Both the position numbers and the translations under genes were made by a program. DNA of 63,023 nt, the filler included, from Anaerolineae bacterium (GTDB lineage Bacteria; Chloroflexota; Anaerolineae; B4-G1; DUEL01), in assembly GCA_041082215.1 (NCBI GenBank). It is 8 parts of 8 records of this genome, joined end to end, with 100 filler letters (N's around TTAATTAATTAA, not from the genome) between each part and the next. Parts side by side here need not be neighbours in the genome. Positions count along the whole stretch, not along the records: positions 26,821 to 53,567 come from JBDOIF010000107.1; 7 more parts are not named here. One strand, given 5' to 3'. Below, piece after piece: positions 26,821 through 36,305 of the stretch. The stretch's first letter is position 1. Every line of letters starts with the position of its first letter. Under the pieces are notes generated by a model, which saw only the letters and a list, made by a program, of their open reading frames with translations, ran no database searches and had not been told where the DNA came from.

Positions 26821-27497
26821 CCGGAGACTTCTGTGACCTCGCTGTAGGTCAGGAGCGTAATGTTGGGATGCCGACCGGCATCCATCATCTTGGGGCCGAG
26901 AATTCAGGTACTGCAGTCTAACGTGGGGAAGGTCTTATCCAGTTGGGCCATGTGGCCGCCGATGGACGGCTGTCGTTCTACCAGATAGACCTGGTACCCG
27001 GCCTCGGCGATGGTGAGGGCGGCCTGGATGCCCGCGATGCCGCCGCCGACGACCAGCGCCGCCGGGGTGACGCTCTCCTGGCGGGGGAAGAGGGGCTCGT
27101 GGTAGTTCACCCGGGCGACGGCGGCCCGGACCAGCCGCTTCGCCTTCTCCGTCGCGGCAACGGGGTCCTCCACCACCCAGGAGACGTGCTCGCGGATGTT
27201 GGCCATCTGGAAGTAGTACGGGTTGAGGCCGGCCGAGGCCACGACGTTCTGGAAGGTGGGCTCATGCATCCGGGGGCTGCACGAGGCTACCACCACGCGG
27301 GTCAGGCCCAGTTCCCGGATGTCCTGCCGGATCATCTCCTGCCCGGCCTCGGAGCAGGTATAGCGGTGCGGGCGAGCAACAACCACGTTGGGCAACGTGC
27401 TGGCGTACTGCACCACCTCGTCCACGTTCACCGTTGCCGCGATGTTGAGCCCGCAGTGGCAGATATAAACGCCGATTCGGGGCTTTTCGTCCGTCAT
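26821..27497 (-). CDS. hdrA: Heterodisulfide reductase subunit A-like protein, selenoprotein (TGA at codon 198, 26904-26906); 3' end cut by contig edge
   Basis: RIGVYICHCG.NI, ASCSPRMHE, ANIREH, GGGIAG, LDKTFPTLDCST-TGA-ILGPKM...HPNITLLTYSEV continues in frame past the TGA. Confidence 0.92.
26866..26883 (-). promoter_or_regulatory. Predicted bacterial SECIS hairpin of hdrA
   Basis: GGATGCC-GGTC-GGCATCC starting 20 nt after the UGA. Confidence 0.72.
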
Positions 27498-27550
27498 TCT
27501 GTAACCTCCGGTAATCGCCAATCCACGCAGTACGGAGTACGCAATACTCC

Positions 27551-28735
27551 CTACTTCTCCATCACCTGCCAGACCAGTTCGCAGATGTCCAGCACCCGGA
27601 TGCGGGTCTTGGTCTTGCGGGCGGCCTGGAGCAGGGTGCGTTTGCACTGCTGACAGGAAGAGAGAATGGCCTCGGCGCCGGTGGAGACGGCCTCCTGCAA
27701 CCGCTGAACGGAGACGTGCTCCACCGCATCCGGCTCCGTCATCGCCACATCCCCGCCGCCGCCACAGCAGACGGCGTTTTCCATCGCATGGGGCATCTCC
27801 CTCAGTTGCATCCCGGGGATGCTGCGAATGATGGTCCGGGGCGGCTCGTACACGCCGCTCTTGCGGCCCAGGTCGCAGGGATCGTGGTAGGTGACCGTCC
27901 AGGCCAGTTCGGTCATCCGGATGCGGCCCTCCTCAATCAGCCGGGCCAGAAATTCGGTGGCATGCAGCACCTCGAACCCAAAAGTATCCTCCACCATCTG
28001 CGGATAGAGATGGTGCCAGGTGTAGTAGCAGGAAGAGCAGGTCGCCACCAGGACTTTCGGGCCAGCAGAGCGGACCTTCTCCACATTGTGCCGGGCCAGT
28101 TCCACCATCTCGTCCTGAAACCCGGCGCCGTAGAGGGGATAGCCGCAGCACCATTCCTCACTGCCCAGCAGGGTGTAGGGGACATCTGCCTGTTCCAGAA
28201 TCTGGACTAAGGACTGGGGGATGGAGTAGGCCATCGGGTAGAGGGCGGAGACGCAGCCGGTGAAAAGAAGCACCTCCGCCGTTCCCTGAACCCGGCCCGC
28301 GACCGTCTCCAGCCCCTGGCTCCAGATGAGGCGGGTCTGGTTATCTTCGTTGAGGATGTTGCGGGTGGCGCTGACGGCCTGGCGCATCATCTGGAGCGTC
28401 TGGGGGATGGTGTAACCGTTGGCGACGGCCCACTCCCGCAGGCGGCGCATGGTCGTGCTGGTCAGAATCCCGCGCGGGCAGCGGGCGGAGCAGGCGTAAC
28501 ACTGAGTGCAGAGCCAGAAGGTGCGGCTGTTCATCACCACGTCCCGCAGCCCCAGGCGCACCAGTTCCCACAACTGACGGGGGGAGTAGTCCATCAGGTC
28601 CGCCGTCGGGCAGGACGCGCTGCAGGTGCCGCACTGCATGCAGGTCAGGAGTTTCTCCCACTCTGGCTCCACCTGGGCCATAAATTCGCGGTCCAACTGC
28701 TCTTCAGTCAATGGAACAGGAAGTGAAAGGGCCAT
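27551..28735 (-). CDS. HdrC/HdrB-like fusion (HdrD/GlpC-type): two [4Fe-4S] motifs plus two CCG domains
   Basis: CMQCGTCSASCP, CTQCYACSARCP, EEWCCG, CSSC, YHDPCDLGR, CCGGGG, CQQC; AAGGAGG before ATG 28735. Confidence 0.88.
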   Translation of the reverse strand: MALSLPVPLTEEQLDREFMAQVEPEWEKLLTCMQCGTCSASCPTADLMDYSPRQLWELVRLGLRDVVMNSRTFWLCTQCYACSARCPRGILTSTTMRRLREWAVANGYTIPQTLQMMRQAVSATRNILNEDNQTRLIWSQGLETVAGRVQGTAEVLLFTGCVSALYPMAYSIPQSLVQILEQADVPYTLLGSEEWCCGYPLYGAGFQDEMVELARHNVEKVRSAGPKVLVATCSSCYYTWHHLYPQMVEDTFGFEVLHATEFLARLIEEGRIRMTELAWTVTYHDPCDLGRKSGVYEPPRTIIRSIPGMQLREMPHAMENAVCCGGGGDVAMTEPDAVEHVSVQRLQEAVSTGAEAILSSCQQCKRTLLQAARKTKTRIRVLDICELVWQVMEK

Positions 28736-28851
28736 ATTCACATGTCCTCCTTGAAAACGCCTCGGACTTACACAATTCCACCAGGTACTGCGCTGCGTCC
28801 TCCGTGCCTCTGCGGTTTCCGTCCGCAGCAGGAGCGTGACCTCTGACACGA

Positions 28852-28879
28852 AAAATGGGGGCTATGGACCCCCCATTTT
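28852..28879. terminator. Probable intrinsic terminator after the response regulator
   Basis: aaaatggggg...cccccatttt hairpin right after the stop at 28882. Confidence 0.6.
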
Positions 28880-28881
28880 CC

Positions 28882-29256
28882 TTAGCATTTCACAAATCGC
28901 TGAACGGTCTTCAGAAGGACCTCGGGCTGGATGGGCTTGGAGATCCAGGCGTCGATCGGGACCCGTTCCTCCGGGAACTCGCTGGCGTACTCGCTGGTCG
29001 CAATGGAAGAGATCATCACCAGGGGGATATCCCTCAGGGCGGGGTCGGCCTCCAGCTCCCGACTGACGTCCACCCCCTCCAGCGTAGTGGTCATCATCAC
29101 ATCCAGCAGGACCAGGTCGGGGCGGGTCTGGCGCATCATCTGGAGCGCCTCATCGCCGTTGTGGGCCTCCATCACCTGATACCCCTCGGCCTCCAGGATG
29201 CGGCGGCAAACGAAGAGAAAATCAGGGTCATCGTCCACAATCAATATCTTGGCCAT
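28882..29256 (-). CDS. Stand-alone response regulator receiver protein
   Basis: ILIVDDD, PDLVLLDVMM, SKP. Confidence 0.9.
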   Translation of the reverse strand: MAKILIVDDDPDFLFVCRRILEAEGYQVMEAHNGDEALQMMRQTRPDLVLLDVMMTTTLEGVDVSRELEADPALRDIPLVMISSIATSEYASEFPEERVPIDAWISKPIQPEVLLKTVQRFVKC

Positions 29257-29300
29257 CTTCTCTCTCCCTAAAGTTTGTCTGGGAATCTGTCCAAAAAGCT

Positions 29301-29350
29301 GTAGGGCAGGCTTTCTAGCCTGCCTGGGCAGCCTGGAAAGGCTGTCCTGC
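29301..29350. repeat. GTAG-type REP doublet
   Basis: gtagggcaggctttctagcctgcc followed by the inverted variant ggcagcctggaaaggctgtcctgc. Confidence 0.65.
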
Positions 29351-29358
29351 GACCGTTT

Positions 29359-30900
29359 TTAAGCAGGCGTTCCGCTGGAGGGCCTGGCGTGCCCCTCTAC
29401 CGGCACATCCACAACGACCGTAGTACCGCTCCCGGGGGCCGATTGAATGAGCAACGTCCCGCCCAGCAGGCGAGCCCGTTCCAGTATCCCGACCAGGCCC
29501 AGCCGTCCCGAAGCCAGGTACTCCTCCATCCGCTCCGGGGCGTTGAACCCGCAGCCGTTGTCCCGAACGGTCATCCGTACCGCGCCGAGCCTGAACTCCA
29601 GTTCCACCCAGGCCCGGGAGGCCCTGGCGTGCCGGTAGACGTTGTTCAGCGCCTCCTGAGCGATCCGGAAGAGCGTCAGCTCCTCCTCGGAGGAAAGGGG
29701 ATAAGGCTCCCCGACCACGGAAAGCTCCAGCTCCGTCTCCCCGGCCTCCATCAGGTCATCCATCAGCGCCCGCAGCCCGGCCACCAGACCGAGGTCGTCC
29801 AGCACAGGCGGACGCAGGTCCTGCACGCACCGGCGCAGGTTCTGCACCGTGCCCTGGACCATCTCCCGTAGCTGCTGGAGCCGGGGTAGGAGCTGGGGCC
29901 ATTCCTGAGGCGTCCTCATCAGCGCTTCCAGGCGGCGGGAGATCGCGATCAACATCTGAACCGTCTCGTCGTGGAGTTCCTGGGCGATCCGCTTGCGCTC
30001 ATTCTCCTGGGCGCGGGTGATCTGCCGGACGTAGAAGTGCATGGCCTCGTAGAGGCGCGCGTTCTCGATGGCCATACCGATCTGGCCGCCGATAGAGGTC
30101 AGCAACTGCCGCTCGTCCTCTCCGAGCCACCGCCCCCTGCGCAGGCCGAGCAGCATGACGCCCAGGACACGCTCTCTGGCCTTCAGGGGCACCAGCACAA
30201 AGGGGCCATCCGGCTCCTTCGGAGCTTCCCTGCAGATCACTTCCCTCAGCTCGCTCCACGGGCCGACCTTTAGGGCTTCCACTACCTCTGTGGCTGCCTC
30301 TGGGGCCAGTCCCCGGGAGGTTTTGAGATGCAGGTGCTGTCTGCCCGGGCCGAGCAGGAAGATGGAACCTTTGGGTTCCGGCGTCAGAAGCCCCAAAGCC
30401 CGCCCTCCTTCCAGTACCTTTTCCAGCCCCTTTTCCAGAATCTCGTCCAGGTTGAGGGACTGGCTGGTTGTGCTGGCGATCGCGCTGGCGATCTCCATTT
30501 TCTCCAGCGTCGCCTGGCGGCCCTTTTTTTCCCGTTCCTGGATCTCGATGATCCAGATCACCAGGAGACCGATCGCACCGACAGCCGCCACCTCCAGCGC
30601 GGCGTCCGCAGGATAGGAGGAAATCCAGATAACCCGCGGGATCATGATGAGGAGGGCCAACGCGAGGGTGAGCAGACCGCTGAGACGGCCGAAGTAGAAA
30701 GCGGCTCCGGCGATAGGTACAAGAAATAGGATGCGGTCCACAGCATGTCGGTTCAGGAAAGTCACGGTCCTGGAGATGGGAAGGCTGGGAACCAGGTAGT
30801 GGAGAGCGGTGGCCAGGGCCATCGCTGTCGCTACGGCCCAGAAGGAACGGCGAGTCAACAGCCGTGCCCCCCCCGGCTCCCCGGTCATTCGCTTCACCAC
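29359..30900 (-). CDS. Membrane sensor histidine kinase (TM - GAF - HisKA_3 - HATPase)
   Basis: N-terminal TM helices, ERKRIAQELHD, QEALNN..RHA, DNGCGF, GLVGILER. Confidence 0.9.
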   Translation of the reverse strand: MVKRMTGEPGGARLLTRRSFWAVATAMALATALHYLVPSLPISRTVTFLNRHAVDRILFLVPIAGAAFYFGRLSGLLTLALALLIMIPRVIWISSYPADAALEVAAVGAIGLLVIWIIEIQEREKKGRQATLEKMEIASAIASTTSQSLNLDEILEKGLEKVLEGGRALGLLTPEPKGSIFLLGPGRQHLHLKTSRGLAPEAATEVVEALKVGPWSELREVICREAPKEPDGPFVLVPLKARERVLGVMLLGLRRGRWLGEDERQLLTSIGGQIGMAIENARLYEAMHFYVRQITRAQENERKRIAQELHDETVQMLIAISRRLEALMRTPQEWPQLLPRLQQLREMVQGTVQNLRRCVQDLRPPVLDDLGLVAGLRALMDDLMEAGETELELSVVGEPYPLSSEEELTLFRIAQEALNNVYRHARASRAWVELEFRLGAVRMTVRDNGCGFNAPERMEEYLASGRLGLVGILERARLLGGTLLIQSAPGSGTTVVVDVPVEGHARPSSGTPA

Positions 30901-30920
30901 CTGTAATCGCCCTGTCTCTG

Positions 30921-31604
30921 TCAGGATTCCCCTTCCTCCAGGGAGATCCAGCCCCTCCGCAGGCCGTAAAGCACCGCTTCGGTCCGTGATCCGACCCCCA
31001 GTTTGCGGAAGATATGGCTCAGATGGACCTGAACTGTGCGGATGCTGATGTGGAGCCGGGCGGCGATCTCCCGGTTCGTCATCCCCTTCGCGGTCAGACG
31101 CAGCACCTCCAGCTCCCGATCTGTGAGGGCCTCCGCGGGACGCACCTCCGCTGGGGCCGGGGAAGGCTGGGCGAAGTGGCGCACGACTTTGCGGACGACG
31201 GCCGGATGAAGTACAGATTCGCCCGCCCGGACAGCGCGGACGGCCCGGATCAACTCCTCAGCCGAGACGTCCTTCAGTAAATAACCCGCCGCTCCTGCCT
31301 CAAGGAGGGCGAACACGTACTGGTCGTTGTCGTAGGCGGTGAGTGCCAGAACCGCTGTGGAGGGATGCTCGGCCTTGATCCGTCGTGTGGCCTCAATGCC
31401 GCTGCAACCGGGCAACGCGATGTCCATCAGCACCACGTCGGGCCGGTGCTGGGCGGCCAGACGCACAGCCTCCTCTCCATCACCAGCCTCGGCCACGACC
31501 TCTATGTCCTGCTCGCGCTCCAGCAACTCCCTTGTTCCCTGCCGCACCAGAACATGGTCCTCGGCCAGCAGAACCCGGATCCTGGACGGCGCCTCTTTCT
31601 TCAC
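30921..31604 (-). CDS. NarL/LuxR-family response regulator
   Basis: VLLAEDH, VLMDI, YLLK, HTH LTDRELEVL...TNREIA...ISIRTVQVH. Confidence 0.93.
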   Translation of the reverse strand: MKKEAPSRIRVLLAEDHVLVRQGTRELLEREQDIEVVAEAGDGEEAVRLAAQHRPDVVLMDIALPGCSGIEATRRIKAEHPSTAVLALTAYDNDQYVFALLEAGAAGYLLKDVSAEELIRAVRAVRAGESVLHPAVVRKVVRHFAQPSPAPAEVRPAEALTDRELEVLRLTAKGMTNREIAARLHISIRTVQVHLSHIFRKLGVGSRTEAVLYGLRRGWISLEEGES

Positions 31605-31869
31605 CGGTCACCTCCACCACAGATTATATGCTCGCCGCCGGGGGGGGCAAGCCTGGAAAAGCCGCTTCCGGGTAAGCAATTGGGCGCATTTTTCTTTAAG
31701 CATTTATGCGGATGCCCTCAGAGGATGCAGTAAGAGGTTTGCGCCAAATCGGGATCAGCCTTTTGGCAGATGACGGGACTGACAGGGGGTGGTATATTGA
31801 TTTTGTTATCGTTAAAGGGGGGATTGCCGGATGAAGCAAGGGGTATTATACTTGAGAGGAGGTTGCCCG

Positions 31870-32850
31870 ATGAAGCAGGCTTTTCGTGTACCCGCGATGG
31901 TTCTGCCCTACGTTGTCGCGGTCCTCCTGGCGCTTCTTCCCGGCGCATGCGCGCCGACCGTTGCGCCGTCGGAAGGGGATGAACTCAGCGGGACCATCAC
32001 CGTCTCCGGCGCGTGGGCCCTCTACCCGATGATGGTGCGCTGGGGCGAGGAGTTCCACACTCTCCACCCCCGCGTCCAGTTCGACATCTCCGCTGGCGGC
32101 GCGGGGAAAGGGATGGCCGATGCCCTGGCTGGCGCGGTGGATATCGGGATGGTCTCCCGCGACATTTACCCCCAGGAGGTCGAACAGGGCGCCTTCTGGG
32201 TGGCCGTGGTGATGGACGCGGTCGTGCCTACGGTGAACGCCGGCAATCCGTACCTGGCCCAGTTGCAGGCCCGGGGTGTGGACCGGGCTACCTTCGAGGG
32301 TATCTGGACCGGGCGGATCACAAGCTGGGGTGAAGTCATCGGCGACCCCGGCGTGGGGGACGAGATCCACGTCTACACCCGATCCGACGCATGCGGTGCC
32401 GCCGAGACCTGGGCGGCCTATCTGGGCAGCTATCGGCAGGAGGACCTGCTGGGCACGGCGGTCTATGGCGATCCCGGGCTGGCGGCTGCCGTCTCTCAGG
32501 ACTCCCTCGGGATCGGCTACAATAATCTGAACTTCGCCTACGATGCCGAAACCGGACGCCCGATCGCGGGGCTACAGATTGCCCCGCTGGACCTCAACGG
32601 GAACGGGCAGATAGATGCCGATGAGAATTTTTACGCCACCCGCTCCGAACTGATGACGGCGATCGCCGATGGCCGTTACCCCTCTCCGCCTGCCCGCGCC
32701 CTCAATCTGGTCACCGCGGGCCAGCCCGATGGGCTGGTGCGGACTTTCATCCTCTGGGTGCTGACCGATGGGCAGAGGTTCGTCGAGGAGGCAGGATACA
32801 TCCCGCTCTCCCCGGCCCGGCTGGAGGCGGAGCGGATGAAGTTGGAGTAG
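31870..32850 (+). CDS. pstS: Phosphate ABC transporter substrate-binding lipoprotein
   Basis: Lipobox PGAC, SGAWALYP, AGGAGKG, DIGMVSR, TRSDACG; GAGGAGG before ATG 31870; heads the pstCAB operon. Confidence 0.85.
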   Translation: MKQAFRVPAMVLPYVVAVLLALLPGACAPTVAPSEGDELSGTITVSGAWALYPMMVRWGEEFHTLHPRVQFDISAGGAGKGMADALAGAVDIGMVSRDIYPQEVEQGAFWVAVVMDAVVPTVNAGNPYLAQLQARGVDRATFEGIWTGRITSWGEVIGDPGVGDEIHVYTRSDACGAAETWAAYLGSYRQEDLLGTAVYGDPGLAAAVSQDSLGIGYNNLNFAYDAETGRPIAGLQIAPLDLNGNGQIDADENFYATRSELMTAIADGRYPSPPARALNLVTAGQPDGLVRTFILWVLTDGQRFVEEAGYIPLSPARLEAERMKLE

Positions 32851-32925
32851 GGGCGAGGCAAGCCTCGCCCCAGGGTGGGGGTGAGGCAGCTTGCCCGTAC
32901 CCCCGCGAACCTGTAAGGGGGGGAT

Positions 32926-33852
32926 GTGGAACGGAGGCGTTTCCGCCTGCTTGGCGATCGGCTCGCTGCCTGTCTGACCGGCGGTTTGGCGTTTCTGGCC
33001 GCCGGACTGGTCCTCTTGATCATGCTGGCGCTGTGGATGCACGCCCAGCCGCTGCTGCGGGTCAGGCCGCTGGTCGGACTTCTGGGTTCTTCTGAATGGC
33101 GGCCCCTGGGCGGCGAGTTCGGCCTCCGGCCGTTCATCATCGGCACGATATGGGTCACTGGTCTGGCGATGGTGCTGGCCGTGCCCCTCTGCCTTCTGTG
33201 CGCCATCTACCTGGCTGAATACGCCCCCCGTCGGTTGCGGGAGCTGACGAAGCCCCTGATTGACCTGCTGGCGGGCATCCCGTCGGTGGTCTATGGGCTG
33301 TGGGGGGTTCAGATGGTCGTGCCGCTCATCCGCGAGGTGGTCGTGCCCTGGGCGCGGGAGAGCCGACTGCCCCTGCTGGCCACCGATAACCCTACGGGGT
33401 ACAGCGTTCTGGCGGGTGGAATTGTGCTGGCGGTGATGGTCTTTCCGGTCATCATCTCCGTCACCGAGGAGGTCATCCGCGCCGTTCCCGACGGGCTGCG
33501 CGAGGCGGCGCTGGCGCTGGGGGCTACCCGCTGGCAGATGGTCAAAGGGGTCGTGCTGCGCCGTTCGTTGCCGGGCGTGATCGCTGCCGTCGTGCTGGGC
33601 TTCTCCCGCGCCTTCGGCGAGACGATGGCCGTGATGATGGTCGTCGGCAATGTCCCTCAGATACCCCGCTCGATCCTGGACGCCGCCTACCCCTTGCCGG
33701 CCCTCATCGCCAACAACTACGGAGAGATGATGTCCATCCCCCTTTACGATGCGGCCCTGCTGACCGCTGCGCTGGTGCTGCTGCTGCTCGTGCTGGCTTT
33801 CACCCTGATCGCCCGCCTGGTGCTGTTGCGGGCCGTCCGGAGGGCAGCCTGA
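32926..33852 (+). CDS. pstC: Phosphate ABC transporter permease
   Basis: LLAGIPSVVYGLWG, EAALALGAT, SRAFGETMAV. Confidence 0.92.
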   Translation: MERRRFRLLGDRLAACLTGGLAFLAAGLVLLIMLALWMHAQPLLRVRPLVGLLGSSEWRPLGGEFGLRPFIIGTIWVTGLAMVLAVPLCLLCAIYLAEYAPRRLRELTKPLIDLLAGIPSVVYGLWGVQMVVPLIREVVVPWARESRLPLLATDNPTGYSVLAGGIVLAVMVFPVIISVTEEVIRAVPDGLREAALALGATRWQMVKGVVLRRSLPGVIAAVVLGFSRAFGETMAVMMVVGNVPQIPRSILDAAYPLPALIANNYGEMMSIPLYDAALLTAALVLLLLVLAFTLIARLVLLRAVRRAA

Positions 33853-34697
33853 TGGGCAAGCACCTGGAAGAGCGGATCTTCCTGGCCCTGATGATCGCTT
33901 CAACGGCGATCGTCCTGGGCAGCCTGATCCTCATCCTGGCGACCGTGTTGATCAAGGGGTTGCCCGCCCTCAACCTGGCGATGATCACCCAGACGCCTCG
34001 GGGCGGGTATTACCTGGGTAAAGAAGGAGGTATCCTCAACGCCATCACGGGGTCTCTTGCGCTGGCCGGAGGTGCAACGTTCCTGAGTTTCCTCATCAGC
34101 CTGGCAGTCGTCCTCTATCTCCAGGTCTTTGCCCGGGGTTCCCGGCCTGTCGCTTTCATACGGCTTTCGCTGGATGTGCTCTGGGGGGTGCCCTCCATCA
34201 TCTATGGGGCTTTTGGTTTCACGGTGATGCTGATGTTCGGGCTGCGGGCATCGCTTCTGGGGGGAATCATCGCCCTGGCCCTGCTGGAACTGCCGATCAT
34301 GGTACGGGCGATGGACGAGGTGATGATGATGTTCCCCTTCGAGCTGAAGGAGGCCTCTTACGCCCTCGGGGCAACCCGGCTGGAAACGGCGCTGAGGGTC
34401 CTGATCCGGCAGACCGCGCCGGGTCTGCTGACGGCGGTGCTGCTGGCCTTCGGGCGGGCCATCGGCGACGCAGCCTCGGTGCTCTTCACTACCGGTTACA
34501 CCGATCGGCTCCCCACCTCACTCCTGCGCCCCGTCGCTTCGCTGCCCCTGGCCGTCTTTTTCCAGCTCGGAACGCCAGTCCCGGAGGTCCGGCAACGCGC
34601 CTATGCCTCGGCTCTGGTGCTGACCGCTGTCGTTCTTCTCATCAGCCTGGTCACACGCTGGCTGACCCGGGGGCTATCGCGGCAGGTGGTGCGATAG
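33852..34697 (+). CDS. pstA: Phosphate ABC transporter permease
   Basis: GGILNAI.GS, GVPSIIYG, EASYALGAT, GRAIGDAA. Confidence 0.9.
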   Translation: MGKHLEERIFLALMIASTAIVLGSLILILATVLIKGLPALNLAMITQTPRGGYYLGKEGGILNAITGSLALAGGATFLSFLISLAVVLYLQVFARGSRPVAFIRLSLDVLWGVPSIIYGAFGFTVMLMFGLRASLLGGIIALALLELPIMVRAMDEVMMMFPFELKEASYALGATRLETALRVLIRQTAPGLLTAVLLAFGRAIGDAASVLFTTGYTDRLPTSLLRPVASLPLAVFFQLGTPVPEVRQRAYASALVLTAVVLLISLVTRWLTRGLSRQVVR

Positions 34698-34734
34698 GAA
34701 GCCAGCCGATGGCGAATAACTGGAGGGGACCGCA

Positions 34735-35493
34735 ATGGCCGATCCGGTGATCCAGATCCAGGGGTTGACCGTGACCTTTTCTGGCCACCTGGCCATCCGG
34801 GATGTCAGTGTGGACATTCCGCCGCGGCAGATCACGGCCATCATTGGGCCGTCGGGCTGTGGAAAGACCACGCTCCTGCGTTCGATGTGCCGGCTGATCG
34901 AGCTGACCGAAGGGGTGCGGGTGTCGGGCCGGGTGCTCTTCGAGGGCCAGGATGTCTACGACCCCCGTGTAGATGTGACGGAGATCCGCCGACGTATGGG
35001 TCTGCTGGCCCAGCGGCCCTTCCCGCTGCCCATGTCCATCTACGAGAACGTTGCCTATGGGCCCCGCCTGCACGGCGTTCGTCAGCGCAGGGAGCTGGAC
35101 CGGATTGTGGAGGAGCATCTGCGAGCCGCCGGCCTCTGGGACGAGGTCAAGGACCGGCTGCATGCCCCGGCGTCGGCGCTCTCCGTCGGCCAGCAGCAGC
35201 GGCTGTGCCTGGCCCGCGGCCTGGCAGTCGAGCCGGAGGTGCTGCTCTGCGACGAGGTGACTTCATCGCTGGACCCCATCTCAGCCCAGCACATCGAGGC
35301 CCGCTTGCTGGAGCTCAAGAGGGATTACACCATCGTGCTGGTGACCCACATCCTGCGCCAGGCCCGCCACCTGGCCGATTATGTTGTCTTTATGTATATG
35401 GGAGAACTGGTCGAGCACGGCCCGGCCGAGCAGGTGCTGGGCAATCCCAGGGAGGAGAGGACCCGTGCCTATGTGGAGGGCAAGTTCTACTGA
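34735..35493 (+). CDS. pstB: Phosphate ABC transporter ATP-binding protein
   Basis: GPSGCGKT, PMSIYENVAYG, LSVGQQQRLC, DEVTSSLDP. Confidence 0.92.
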   Translation: MADPVIQIQGLTVTFSGHLAIRDVSVDIPPRQITAIIGPSGCGKTTLLRSMCRLIELTEGVRVSGRVLFEGQDVYDPRVDVTEIRRRMGLLAQRPFPLPMSIYENVAYGPRLHGVRQRRELDRIVEEHLRAAGLWDEVKDRLHAPASALSVGQQQRLCLARGLAVEPEVLLCDEVTSSLDPISAQHIEARLLELKRDYTIVLVTHILRQARHLADYVVFMYMGELVEHGPAEQVLGNPREERTRAYVEGKFY

Positions 35494-35589
35494 TTGCTCT
35501 TAACCTGGCGACAGGTGGCCGTGTGGTAGGCCGGGGCTACGGCCCGGACCTGTAGGGGCGCAATACTCTGCGCCTCTACAGCTTTTCTG

Positions 35590-35830
35590 GGGAAGATCTG
35601 CTACCCGCTGAACCGACCGCTGCACCGTCATCGCCGACACCACCACCGCCGTCAGATGCTCCACTACCCCCGCCGTCTCCCGAAACGAGCTCCTTGCCGC
35701 CACGGCCACCATCGCCTCCTGAAGGGAAGGAGTGGCAATCTGGCGGGGCTCCCACCCCAGGTACTCATCCAGCAGGAAGTGATACCTCCCCCCTCCATCC
35801 CGATACAGCCGCCGCCGGTATGGGGAACTG
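35590..35830 (-). pseudogene. Fragment of an ISLre2/UPF0236-family transposase
   Basis: YRRRLYRD...YHFLLDEYLG...TPSLQE......SSFRETA...VSAMTV resembles the N-terminal part of UPF0236 transposases; no catalytic part follows; boundaries approximate. Confidence 0.6.
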
Positions 35831-36170
35831 GCCAACTTCATTCCTGAGGAGATGTCAGGGTTGGTAAGGATAACCCCATAGTTCTTAAATTGGGATACAA
35901 GCCATTCGCCTCGTTCCTTGAAACTATGCTTTTCCGCCAGGCGGGTGATCTCTACACCCCACAGTGGCAGGTAAGGGATCTGGCACTGGAATTTTTGGCA
36001 ATGTCCCTCAAACTGGGGAGCTTGGTCGCAGGATAGTTCAATGGTAGGATACATGCTAAAAGCATGATGATCGTCTATACCCTGCCTTTGTGACTCCTTA
36101 AAACATACGGCCTGGCCGATAGGGCCAGGCCCTTGCTTCCCAAGCGGCCACTGGATCGGCCGCCTTACAG

Positions 36171-36243
36171 TACCCCCGCCGCGACTCGAACGCGGGCCAC
36201 CGGCTCCGGAGGCCGGTGCTCTGTCCTTCTGAGCTACGGGGGC
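36171..36243 (-). tRNA. tRNA-Arg(CCG)
   Basis: Acceptor GCCCCCG/CGGGGGT, anticodon arm CCGGC-CTCCGGA-GCCGG, T-loop GTTCGAG; CCA not encoded. Confidence 0.92.
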
Positions 36244-36305
36244 CTGTGTAATCCCTTATACCATGCTTCCGCTAAGTGTGCAAGTGATGCGCCCACGATT
36301 GAGGC

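Noticed and set aside
26904..26906. hdrA (and selD) as pseudogenes with premature stops
   Set aside because: Each TGA aligns with a conserved Cys position, homology continues in frame and a SECIS-like hairpin follows
25595..27497. Apparent selD-hdrA selenoprotein operon
   Set aside because: The genes are on different contigs separated by a linker, so adjacency is unsupported
35500..36054. 184-aa ORF as a real gene
   Set aside because: Appears chimeric: AT-rich segment, transposase fragment and REP-derived tail
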